From: Macrostomum lignano
Taxonomy: Eukaryota
Reading direction: 5' to 3'
Length of the DNA: 30,380 nt
NCBI GenBank assembly: GCA_002269645.1
Contig: NIVC01000179.1
Span: 176,306 to 206,685 of the forward strand
Shown here: positions 1 to 12,700 of the stretch, in pieces
How positions within the stretch are numbered: the stretch's first letter is position 1
How the letters are laid out: each line of letters opens with the position of its first letter
Made by a program: the position numbers and the translations under genes
Notes under the pieces: model-generated
What the model was told of the DNA's origin: nothing
The model's database searches: none
Seen by the model: only the letters and a program-made list of their open reading frames with translations

Positions 1-558
1 TAGGGGTTTGACTGGCTGCTGAGTTTACATTGAAAGAGCGCGGATGAAGATTGAAATCATGAACGTTTGAACTCTCGGATTTCATTTTTTCGACATAATC
101 ACGGCATCTAGAAATTTCCTATGCAAGTGCCAAAGCAAGTGGAACTCGTAAGTAGTGACTATGAGTAGACTTCATCAGCCAATGGCGTTAGTGCGGGGGT
201 AAATTCCAGAACGCAGAGCATAGACGCTCGGCAGCTGAGCAATCCATGCTATTCCTTCATCCATACTTTGAAGTAGCTCAGAAGGAATTTTATGTTCACT
301 GCATGGCAGTCTGGGGAGAAGGGAAGTGTATCAATGGGACGTCAAGATAAGATTTTGTAGTCATTAGTGTCTTTCCGTAGGTTTAAGCGTCACAGAGATT
401 ATTGCCCTTCCATGTCAACAAATGCTTGCCATGCTTTCGAAGTTCGCACCTGATTATTAGTTTTGGGTTGAGGAATATTTCAAGATGCTGCCAATTTGCA
501 TGAGGCATGGCGATCGGCAATAGATTCCATTTTTCAATCGATCTTAGGCATGACGGCA

Positions 559-600
559 CCAAGGACCATTGTAGTAGAAGTCTACTACAATGGTCCTTGG
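559..600. repeat. Perfect inverted repeat, 20-bp arms, 2-nt spacer
   Basis: CCAAGGACCATTGTAGTAGA-AG-TCTACTACAATGGTCCTTGG. Confidence 0.95.
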
Positions 601-640
601 AGGGCACCCTTAGACAAAACAACCAAATTCACCACTTCAG

Positions 641-728
641 ACTGCTCGATATATTGGAGTTGGAAGCTATTCAGGCTCCACCATCTACTATACGATTTGT
701 GAGATTGAAGTCTATGGCTATCCGCTGG
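641..728 (+). CDS. C-terminal exon of an F-type lectin/discoidin-like domain
   Basis: cttcag|TARYIGVGSYSGSTIYYTICEIEVYGYPL|gtaagt. Same phase 0-1 boundaries and motif as exon 8311-8401 (AARYAG...EYEVYGYP). Confidence 0.75.
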
Positions 729-3700
729 GTAAGTCTGCCAATACGAGTTAAGTCTGTTTTGAGGGCTATGAGTTTGTTAGCTGCGATAGATTCCGCGCAA
801 GTTATTAAATGAGTTTGCCTTTTTCACGGGTTGCATTAATCTTCCTCTGTTTCCAAAGAGAGTTTTACAGTTCTCGTGTCGTATCTCATTCCAATTTTAA
901 TTCAAATCCTTATATTTATAACAAAAAGCTGCTTTTTCTTTTTACTTAGAAAAATCGTAAACCTAGGTATCAAAACTTTTATAGGCCACCCAGGTGATCA
1001 GCTGTCCGAGCTGTCGTTCGTCCGCACCGGCCTGGGCTCCCGGTATCCGGCCACCGTCGCCAGAGCTAACCGGGTGTACCCGTACAATGGGCTCACCGGT
1101 GATGTGTACTCTCTTCCACTCGAGTTCCCCGGTGACGAGGCCTTCAACTTTGCCCTATACCTGCACGGGCACGGGTACCTTGACTTGTACCTACCCTGCG
1201 TCTACACGGTCACTGGCTTGATTATTCAAGGCTCATCTGTGCACTATCCGTACTACGGTCGCTTCCTAACGTATAGAATACTCTACGCATACGAAAAGCG
1301 GCGAGACATGCTGACGTACTACAGGGACTTGGAGAACAATGGCGCTGTGAGCAAACTACCAGATATAGATGTTTTATTTGGAATTTTTGCTACTGAGCCA
1401 ATGCTTTCTGGCCAGTGTTAAACATTTAAAGTCGATTAATAATTGAGAATCATTCAAATAAACTATCCGGCTTGGTATTAGACTTAAACTCTTGTAAATG
1501 TCGGAGGATATTTTATCGTCAATATGTATTGTTATGGCAAGCTTAAAAATTACCTAATAATAACCCTATATTCAGGTGAGCTTTAGCGGGCCTCGAGATG
1601 AGAAGGAACGCCGTAGAGAAGTTTTCACCAACCCGTTCCAAGCTCAAATTGTGCGAGTGAATGCTCTGTCCTCTAGTGGCCGCTATGCAATAAAGCTTGA
1701 TTTACTTGGCTTTCCGAACGACACGAGTAAGTAAACTCTAATTTCCCCTAAAACATTGAATATTAGTATAAGAGCATACTAACAACTATAATCTACTACA
1801 GACAGCACCCAGATTCCGGAGGAGCATATGAACAAGACGATGGTGGATGGCTCAACGCTGCAGGTGACATTGAAGTACTTCTACCACCTGAACTTCATGC
1901 AGTTCAATAGAAAGTCAGCCGGTCTTCTCCGGTTCTATTTGAGCTTTGAGGAGCTGGCTGGAGAAGATGAGGTCTTCAAGGTGTACAACACAACGTGGAT
2001 GGTACGACTATCGTCTTTTAACTTTTTGATATCTTTTACATTGGCCCTAGTTATTTACCTGGATACTGTTAACTTGATTGCAGTTCAATGTCCAGTCTGC
2101 AAACCAAAGTCTGTACTTTCCACAAGTGCTGCAGCCGCTCAAGCTGACATTCCACATTGTCAATGGCAGCCTGTCTCCTGATGAGCTGAGTCTGCTCGGG
2201 AAGATGACCAACGACTGCCCGGATGGATTTACCCCGCATTTTGACGTTTGCTTGCGAACCATTACAGTGGTGGCAACTCAAGAAGTGGCGCAGAAACACT
2301 GCCAAAGCTATCGGTGGGCTGGGCAGAGGGGAACATTATTCATGCCGAAGGACGCCATGAAGATGAACTTCATTATAGGAAAATAGTGAGTTTTCAGTTT
2401 GCTAAACTTGTTTTGCTTAAAAAATTAACGTATTGTGGGGAATTTATGATAAAAAATGCATTGATACCTGGTAAATTCAGCTATGACTGGGAAGTGCATG
2501 TGGGCATCAGAAGAAACTCGAGCACCGGCAGCTGGGAATGGTTTGATGGAGAGCCAGTCAGCGATGGATCCTGGGCTGCCGAGAGGGCAGGGAATTTGTA
2601 TGCCGTGTGGCGTCCCTGGTTTAATGGATTGATTCCTAGCGGAAGCAGCACTGCCCGACTCTACTTTGTTTGCCAAATTCCTATTGTTATAAGTGAGTTT
2701 CAGCGCATTTTAAAGTTACTTTTTAATATTGCTTTCGACTACGTTCGCTGTTCACATTCTTGTTTTTAATCCTTTAGGACCGAATTCGTGTACTAAAGGG
2801 CCCATGGTTTACTACATGCATCCGTCAATGTGCTCAGGCTGCAATGACGATTTCGCTAAGTGGACCGATACTGACATCAATATTCGAGTAGCACACAATG
2901 ATGTCATGTTTATTGACGAATACTTCATGAACCGGACGACTAACTTTAGGGCTAATACGCAAGATTTTTGGATTTTTTCATCGAATCCTCTTTCTTCTCC
3001 TCCTCAAATAAATTCCAATAATGTTTTGCAGCACTTTCCTTGTGTTGAGTCTTGTAAGTGATTTTAATTGCAATCGAAATTTATGTCTGCCATTTCGCTT
3101 TGTACTGTTTAACTTATTCCTTTTATTATAGCTTGTCTGCAGCCTCTGCTTCCTGGGATTCCTGGAAAGTTAAGAGCAACTCTAAGCGGATCTGGTCGAT
3201 CGTCTTTTAATAAGCCAGAGGATGCGATTATGGGAAATCCTGTCCGCACACGAGGTAATCCTTCATGAATTATTTGTACCAGTGCTTTTGACAGCTTGCT
3301 TACGTTATACATGTAGTCTCAGCACTCAAAAACAGCAACAAATGCTAATCGCATTTATAGTTCCGTGTGTAAACAGCAGAGGAGATCATACCTACTTTCT
3401 GCACGAGCTGAATGTCACCAGAGAGGGTATCGCTTGCGCACCTTGGACGTCTGGAGTTCCGGACCGAATGAACTATAGCTCGTATTGCATAAGCAGTAAG
3501 TTAAATCGCATCTAATGCATAGGCTTGGCTGTAGCGCTTTCAGCAAACGGATATCCTCATTCACAAGAAGCTATGCATGCATTTCAGGTGCCACATCCGA
3601 GCAGCCTTCGTGCAACAAAGTCACGGGAGGGAAGGGAACCTGCCTTGCCACAAGCTGCTGTAAGCGTCACGAACTAGAACTCACTTTAAATTAATACAGA

Positions 3701-6700
3701 GGCTTTTAGGACTATTTGTTTGTTACAGAATAAAAGAACCAAAATTTAGGTGACGCTATTATTAAATGGGCGTTTAAGATTTTGTTCATAGGAGTTGCTG
3801 TGAGTTACTAGACGGTAAACGCGTCCGACTCAATCCCGCCACGACGCCTGGTTAGATTCGGGCCTGTGAGATTTTCCCGCAGAGTTTCCTGCAGAAGAAG
3901 CAGTGGGTTTCTCCTGCGGCGAAGTTTTCGCGCATGATGTTTTCCACCAAGATTCTCCTGACAGTTTTTCCTGCCAAGGTTTTTCTGTCGAGATTTGGCA
4001 ATCTGCACATCCGGGGTTTTAAAATCTAGGACCTACAAGCATTAGGGCTCAGGACCTAGAAACTATTAAAAAATCTGTAAGCATTACTGCTACAGCTTTT
4101 AGTAAAATTTTATACACGTGCACACGCTCCATGTATCCACATATATGTATTAACACATGTCATTTATTCATAAAATTCTCACATTCATATGTAGAATTGT
4201 ACAGTACGGAGTCTAAATCAACTGACGCGATGGTGATTTTCCCGCCTCCTCCCTGAGAAGCAAAGATGATAATTTTACCAAATTTTACCAGCAGCTTTAG
4301 CTTTTCTAGTACATATTTCCAAATACATTTCCTAACTGGTCCAAGATTTGCGCTGGGTATGGGATGATTTCACCGAAGGCGCTGCGCCAGGGTGCCCAAA
4401 ACCCACCAGCAAAATTTATTTTATTGTAAACTATATTGCTCTTATTGCGTAGTTCAAATCTTCGTCGATAGTGCTTTGGTTTTTCAAATTTAAAGAAATC
4501 TGGCAAATTATCAAAACTTAGGCTTCCTCCTTTTTACTAAACAATGTGATATCAGAATTTCAGTGAAATAGGCAGTCTTATATTATACAAATGTTTTATG
4601 GGGCGTTATCTTCAAACAAAAACCTGGAATTCTTGTTCCAGTTCACTACTACCACCCGAATATTGCGGGGCTGCAGGGCCACAATGCTGCTATCCACAAA
4701 AAAGTTTGGTTCAACAACAGAGAAGTGTCCGACACCGCCACATCTGGCGGTTTTCTCAACATTTACACCAACAATCAGGCATCGTATGTGGATGCTACTG
4801 AATACTATTATGTTCTGGTGGACCTGAAGTTGCTGCATACAATTTCGGGTGTCGACTTCCAGAGCCGTAAGAGGCATATTTCCAATTTTAGAAATATTCC
4901 GATTTTGCTCATCTGCAGTGCGAAGGCTTTTAAGTCTATGGATTTTTAATATGATAATTTCTTGAATGATGTTGCAGTTAAAAGTATTGTAATTTAAACT
5001 ACCTGTAGTTTGAAAATTGAGTCTATTGATAAACTTAAACTATGGTAGTTCATATATATGTTACTATATCTATATAATTAGCTCATATCTGACTACATCA
5101 TAATTTTCATGAATAATATATTGATGCAAGTGACCAGTGAAAGAATAATACTTGAAGTTTATTTTTTAAATTTTCAATGCCCAAGCAATTCGTTGGCCAA
5201 AACTAGTAGTGCATATACGAGCTATATAATTAATGCACTAACAACGATAACAAACAAAATACCCCCAGGATCTAGAGTAGCGATGACAATGTCGGCCGAT
5301 AGAATCCGGGCCGACGTTATTTACCTCAATATATTTAAGTAGATGCCATAAATTGTAAAACAAAAATAAGACATCAGTTTTCAGCTTTTTTCAGCATACA
5401 AAGCACATCTGCAGATCGCTGGTGAAACCTCATGCTTATATAATATGAATAATTACGGAATAGGTCACCGACTCGAGAGTTGCATACCAATAATTTGTAT
5501 AGACATGCTGAAATCAGTCTATATCCCTGCATCCGAGACAGCAGTCAGATGGCTAAAAAACGCACCCATTGCTTTTTAACTCCACCCGTTTCCTCACAGC
5601 AACCAGTGGCCAGTACCCGATCCACGTGCGCGTCAGCAGCAGCTATGACTCATCTCTGGGAGAGCGCGCCTTTATCAACTGGCCTCTGTGCGACTCGCTG
5701 GAGCTATCTGTCAGCAGTCTCACCGAGTACAGCTTCACCTGCTCCAGCGTCATGCTTGGTCGATATCTCGTTCTCACCAAGTCCGCTGATTTGGGATTCT
5801 TTCGGGTTGATCAAATCTTTGTGTTCGCAGAGGAGTGTAAGTTTTTGTCTTTTCATTGGTCCATTTTGTTTAAATTACGATTTTTTTTAGTAGTAACATG
5901 CCCAGCAATGTTAATCCCCAGACTATGACTACGACTCGCAAGTGGACATGCGAGTCACATGGATGCCGGATGAGACGATCTCGAAGGCTCTGCAGACTAA
6001 CAATGTCACATTCAATTTGCTCATTCGCAACAGACTGGCAAAGATCTGGTTCACCGATCAGTATGGCTACTTGGAGGCCATGACCAATGTAGGAAACCAG
6101 TTCTTAATGTCCAATTTTCATGCCAGTAAAGCACCCATTTCCTAAAACCAATCAATACTCATGCATTCCAGCCTCGCTACGTGCTGATGCTGCAAGGAGA
6201 CGGAGCGAGCCTGATCAAATATGTCGGAGGGCAAATCGAGAACAAAGACTACTCTGTAAACAGTCCGGCCGCATATGTGCTCGAAATGCTGAACAGCTCA
6301 CTCAACCGGACAGCAACTCATAATACACAGGACTTTGCCAAGGTCTGCGTTACCTGGACAGCCGACAACAATGCAACTACGTTTTTCACCTACGTAGATG
6401 GCCAGCTGATTGGTCAGTCAACGGACTTCCGTCACGCCATCCCGATCAGAAAAATAGGCTACTCAAACGACGTATACAGCACTGGCACAAGCATACAGAT
6501 GTACTTCGATGTGAGGAGCACAAAGACTATGTCAACATATCGGCCACAGTACTATTTCCACCAAGAACGAGTTTATCTTCAGGTAGCCTAACTTTTTTTT
6601 CTCATTTTATTTTCGGAATATGCGCACTCGAGCCCAACTGAATAAAAAAAATCCACTCGTATTTTTTCTAGGCAACGTTTGACAAGTTCGTCAGCCTGCA

Positions 6701-9700
6701 ATGGATCACACTGCAAGGGGGGCCGGGTATCAATGTTCTCTCTAACTCATGGACAACCGTGCTGAGCTACTATATGTACTATAGCGAGAATGCCCGCTAT
6801 TGGAGGTCACTCTACAACAAATTTGTAAGCAATCTCACAGATACATTATAAATGATAAATTTATGTTCACAGATAAATTATTTTAAGCAACTAAAATTAA
6901 ATTTTTTGTGTCGATAATTCCCTAAAATATATAAGAGCTACGATTTACAAGAAAACTAATTTCCCCATATTGCAGCTGTTCATTGGTCCACGTCAGACGC
7001 GTCAGGCGGCAAGTGTGAAGCTCCTGCCTGACCTGCGTACACTTGCTCTCAGAGTTTTCCCCTACCAATATCAAACACGGAACGAGTTGAAGTTGCAGCT
7101 GTATGGTTGTCCTTATGGTAAGTAAACCATTTAATCACATATAATTTCTGTTATGACAATTTTAGCTAATAAAAGTTCTGATTTTCAGATACAAAAGACG
7201 CCTCTCTGCCGTATATCGTGTCGAACTACAAGTATAGGTACTACAGCTCATTCAGCTATGCTGAGCGAGGCAACGATGGTAGAGCCTACATGTTCCAAGG
7301 GTATAATCAGCACTACATGACCTACTATCAGGACTACGCTGATCCGTATCACTACTGGTTGATCTCCTTTGGCCACCTCACAATTGTTAAACGGATTCGA
7401 GTTGTGGATTTGATCGAAGAGCTTGGTGAGCATAAAGCCTGTGCCTTATTTTGTACCTTTTTTACCCAATAAAGTAAGCTCACGCGTCACAAGCCCTCTG
7501 TAGTTTACAATATATGCCGGAATCCTGCTGTAACACCTATCCTTCTATTTATACCATTAATTACTTACCATCATTTTGAATATATGCTAAGGCTTAACTC
7601 AATTTAAACTCGTACATTACGATGTGAAGTCTACCTCCTGAGTTTTACGCCCGCACTATAAAAAAACTCGGGTTGAATTACGTCTCCAAACGTGAAAGCA
7701 ATGAGAGGTGCCGATCGAAAAGCATCGGACTAATTTCAGATGCGTACGGAGGGGACGTCTGTGGCCCTTCGTCTAGCCGCACGGGATACTTTGGACGACT
7801 GAATGTCACATCATCAGGTTATACTTGCCAGGATTGGGAGAGCAACACTCCACATGTTCCCAATACTGACTGCCAAAATGCTGGGTATTTTCCTGTGAAC
7901 AATAAAACTGCCTCCAAGAACTACTGTCGCAATTGTGACAACACAAACCGCTTCTGGTGTTATACCACCAATCCTAGTGTGAGATGGCAATCCTGCCAGA
8001 TTTATTCCTGCAGTCGAGCAAACATGCGATTCGGTGAGCTCAAACCACACAATTATATTAAATTCTATTTAAAAATACAGCTCTGAAGTTTTTTAATTTT
8101 CCAGACTATGAGGAGCTAGCTTTCGCGGAGCTTTTTGTATCAAACTCTTCCTCAGTCACGCACTCCAGCGTGCAGGTGCTTGAAAACCTGGGCGACAACT
8201 ACCTGAGAGAACACATTTGGGCTGTGGAAGCTAATAAGGTAAATTTTCTTGGTTTCCAGATTTTTATTGCTTGTGCTTCAAAAATTTAATTCTATCCATT
8301 GTTGTTTTAGGCAGCGCGCTATGCCGGAATACGAAAGCTGGCTGATTACAGACGGCGACTCAGCTTTGCAGAGTACGAGGTCTATGGATACCCTGCAATC
8401 AGTAAGCTCTCGTTTTTTTCTAACTCAAGTTAAAGTGAAATAATGCAATCGTACGAACTTTCAAATAAAATACTAAAACTACTCAAACCTTTCAGATCAG
8501 CTGCATTTGCTTGGCAATCCCATCGGAATGGAGGACGGCATTATTGAGTTGAACCAGCTGGACCCGCAAGCAACTCCGCTGCCGTCAAACGCGGATCCAA
8601 GTCAGTACCCGTCACCGTACATGTTTCGGCTCAACACCCCAAAGAAGCCTCGGCAGCCTCCTGGCATGTTCTACTACTCCGGTGAGTGGCAGAAGTGCTT
8701 CCTGTGTTGATAATTTCAGATATCGAATATGCTCATGAAACAGTGATGAAATCTTGACTATTGCATGGCTGAATCTCACAAGAGAAGCTGACAACTGTTT
8801 CAGAATACCCAATAAACATCTATCTGACTGTGAGTCACACCATCCTTGGATTCGTGATCCAAGGCTCATCAATGATGGACAGAACGAATTACTGGCGAGC
8901 CTATGTGAGGAGCTTCAAGATATTCTACGGCGATGACCCGAGAACTCTGGTTCCAGTGAGGTCTTATCAGACGAGCAACAGCTACGTTGATGTAAGATGC
9001 CTTTCTGATCGAAACCAATGCTTTCTTCTCCGCTCGCGACTAAGGCATAAAAATGCAGCGCTTTTTTACCATTGCAGCACCAGTTCAACCAGTACTACAA
9101 CGACATGATGCAGCTTCGAATGGATGTCCCAGTGCCATTCAAAGCAAAAATAATTCAGTTCCGTCCTGTGAGTTATTACAACAGGCGAGTGGCGAAACTG
9201 GAAATCCTGGGCTATCCGGATGGTGAGAAATTGCATGTATTACTCCCATTCAATCCCATTTGACTCAATAAGTCGAAGTGTGTTGATCCAATGGTTTCTG
9301 ATTAAAATTATGCAGCTTGTTTTTCTTCCCGCAGATTGTGGTCTAATTTCTGGTGACCAGGCAACGCTGTCGAGCCCAACGTCAAACACAAGGAACTTTA
9401 TATTCAAGGACTTTTACCATTTCTCAGGCTTCTCGTTGAACACAAGCGGTGACCCAGTGAAGTTCCTGTTGCAGTACAGGCACATGCGTACCTGGCAGCT
9501 TGTGAACTTTACGGTTCTCGGGGAAACAACGGTTCGTAATCTGTTGCATTATCAGCGTCTTTTCCAACTGGCTGCTCACAAATACTCGAATTCGATTAAA
9601 AGTATTTACTCTGATGGTGAGCTTGCAACTCACTCGCCCACTACAGGTATTTGCCTCATCAAACGGATGCGACCAAGCCCTGCCGCACCTGATCCGAACA

Positions 9701-12700
9701 AATGAGATTCGTATTGTCATTCTGAACGGTTCCGCATCGACAATGTCCGTTCTGTTCCGAGGCTGCATGATCAAAGAGGGTACGAGCTCGTAGGCACGGC
9801 ATGACACTGTTTTTTTTCAGGGCAGTTTTTTAAAGTATCGTTTATCGGCGTATTTAATATGATTACAAGTAGTATGCTGACAATAAAGTAAAAGTACAAG
9901 TTGCATCTTCTTTATAATATCCAGAATGCCCGTTCGGCTTCTTCCGGCACAAGGACAGCTGCTTCTGGGTTCCCTACGGCATGAACAGCTCATTCCCTCA
10001 CACGGTCGCGCCGCCAATGCTGGCCAAAGAGATTTGCGAGTCAATGCACTGGAACGGCAGCGCACATTTGGCCAGTCCGAAGACCGTGCTGGAAAACCAG
10101 CTCTTCTACTACATGTTCTATAACTCCATCACCAGGTACGAGAGTATTTATGCCTAGTATCTTTGAGCATATTGAAATATATATAAACATACGAAGATAA
10201 AAAGACAGCAAAATGTATCGCTCGCTGCTTAAATCTTAGTGGTCAAAATCTGCACAAGTTTGTCCACATCGATGGCCAGTACAATCGATCATCCGGTCAG
10301 TGGAAGTGGTGGGATGGAAGTCCAGTTGACTGGAAGTTCTGGCGCCACAGCAGTCCAGGCAAGGAGTGCCTCATGATGGACTTGGAACACGGCGGAACGT
10401 GGCGCAATATCAAATGCGACACCTATCAGTCGGTCTACCAGTTCATCTGTGAGGTGAATGCACTCAACACAGGATACTCGATGGTTTCGGAGCCGATCAA
10501 CATCACTGGAAATCCGGTCAACTACTACAATCTCCGATCAGGATACAGCGCTTCTGCCGCCAATGATGGGGACTTTACTCTGAATGTTGTGTCAAAGATT
10601 TACTCGTCAACTCCGGTCACATCAGCATCAAGATTCGACTGGTGGCGTGTCGACATGCGGACTGTTCAGTATGTCAGCGAGGTGTGGATTTACCTGCGCA
10701 GCGACGTAAACGGTATGTTTGATAATAAACCAAAAAGTGTACAGCATGTTATTAATACGAATATTTTAAGCACTGCTAATAAAAATGTTCCTTTGGCTGA
10801 AACTTGATGACGGAATAGTGTATTTTGCATGTTCACGATGCTGCTTGCAAATTGATTTTATCATCGAATCCATTGTAACTCCTTTAGAGAATGCTCGACT
10901 GTATGAAGCCTGGATCTCACAAACGACGGCTGACAATCCATACACAACATCAATGTTTTACTCAATACTGTGTCAGAAGAGAACCGAAACATTCAATCCC
11001 GGGGATGTAATTGAAATGATGTGCGGATTCTCTGGACGATATGTGATTCTCAGACGGGAGAGAATTGGCTGCTGCTTCTCGTTGGCCGAAGTCGTGGTGT
11101 ACACAAGGAGATGTAGGTTAACACACTTAATTACCCTCGCGAAACTTTCATCAGGACAATGAAATAAGCATTCTAACCTATCTTCTACAGATGTGCAGCA
11201 GGAAAGACAGGCAAAGAAGGTGTACGTAAAGCGCATGATGTACTACGACAACAACTACTACATGGCGTCATACAGCGGACTCAGTCACTTGCGTCAGCTT
11301 TTTGACTGTTTCCGTGAGCTGGCACCCACATGCAAGTCCGTTTTTACCGGAGGTTCCGTAGTTTCCAAGTTCAGCGATGAAAATGCGACTCACACGAGCG
11401 ATGGAATGATCAATCGATATGGAACCAATTACAACATGCTTCAGTGGTTGCCTTACAGTACGTACGCATTTAGTTGATGGAATCAAAACCTGCTCAATTA
11501 AGTACGCAATTATTTGTCAATTTAAATAATGTATTTTAGACACTTCGTGCGATCTTCGGCTGGTGAACGGTGTGCCAGGACTGTTGACGACGAATGTCAC
11601 ATCAAAGTCTGAAACGTTCCGCTACACAGCAAAGAGCGTATCGTACAAGGTCCAATCTTGGGGTGAGTACAACATACTCGAGTTAAATCTACAGATTGTC
11701 ACAAAACTAGTAAAAAATATGCAAACAATGACCCACAGACCCCGAGTCCCAAACAGTTCAGCTTGATCGGTACCGTGTTGGCTTCTGGCCGCTGGTACAA
11801 GAAACTCAAGCAAATGACATTCAACAGGGCATGCGACATGGCGACCTCGGCTCCAATGTGAGCTGGGCCAGCGGACCGACCTTCAAGACAAACGGTGCCC
11901 TGTATTTGCTTGGTAATGCAAACAGCACTTTGCAAGTTCCGGCAAGCGGGGCGTTGGAAATGGATGGCAATGAGTACACAGTGTGCTTCTACAGCTACTT
12001 CAACCAAAGCTATGACTTCACAATGCCGGTTCTGCAATCGTCTGGAGACAGTCTACAGTTCCGATACACCGACATCAACAACTTTGAGACTCGAGTCATT
12101 CGGCAATCCGGAGCTGCCACGGTGGTCACAGGAACTCTAAAAGCTCCCTACTTCTGGCACTATTTCTGTGTGGCGGTGACTCGATCGCCTGCACAAGTGG
12201 TCGTGATCGAAGGTCACCGAACAGTTTTTTCATCCTCGGTCACAAGTGATGACCCGGTTCGATCACTTGCTAGGTATATGATACTGCGGCTGTATTATAG
12301 GTATTGTTTTATTACACAAGTTATCAAGTCACATTATTGAAGTTTTGCTATTTCAGCGAGTCGCTAGTGTTTGGAAATGGAAGCCATGGATTTTTGTTCT
12401 GCCTGCAAGTGTTTTCTTTGTCATTGGATGTCCACCAAAGCCACTGGGCGCACAGGGAGTGTGCACCATACACCAAGTGTAAGTGTTTTTTTCTCGGTAT
12501 GAGTCTCTGTTAAAGAATGGTGTATGGTATAGTAGAGCTAATGTACCGTCTTGCGAAGGCATGAAATTGGTTTAATTCAGCTGCCATTAGGACTTAAGAA
12601 TGTACTCCATGATTGACATTTTGTGTTGGTCCGGAAATTTTATAATTCCTTATACTTTGCTCCAGTGTGAATAGTTGCTCAGTTGCAAAGATTAAGTCCG

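Noticed and set aside
112-147. 36-nt microexon ending at GTAAGT (148)
   Set aside because: It is phase 1-1 while exon 641 needs a phase-0 donor, and the peptide is uninformative. It cannot be excluded without upstream sequence.
472-640. Extra discoidin exon (AWRSAIDS..VEVYYNGPW)
   Set aside because: Out of frame with exon 641-728, no usable splice sites, and it overlaps the palindrome; the similarity is too weak.
985-1346. Visibly GC-rich exon as a horizontal acquisition
   Set aside because: It encodes the same discoidin type as other exons, with normal splice sites; other exons (e.g. 9925-10135) are also GC-rich.
3378-3386. RGD integrin motif in kringle 1
   Set aside because: One tripeptide in over 5,000 aa is expected by chance, and it is not shared by the other kringles.
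5196-5320. Small hairpins (TAGTGCAT/ATGCACTA; GTCGGCC/GGCCGAC) as a Helitron end or ncRNA
   Set aside because: Arms of 7-8 bp are near chance level, and there is no supporting terminal motif.
11828-11833. LamG exon starting at CAG|GGCATG as suggested by the ORF track
   Set aside because: Wrong phase; the acceptor at 11738 keeps the frame and adds the GFWPL motif.
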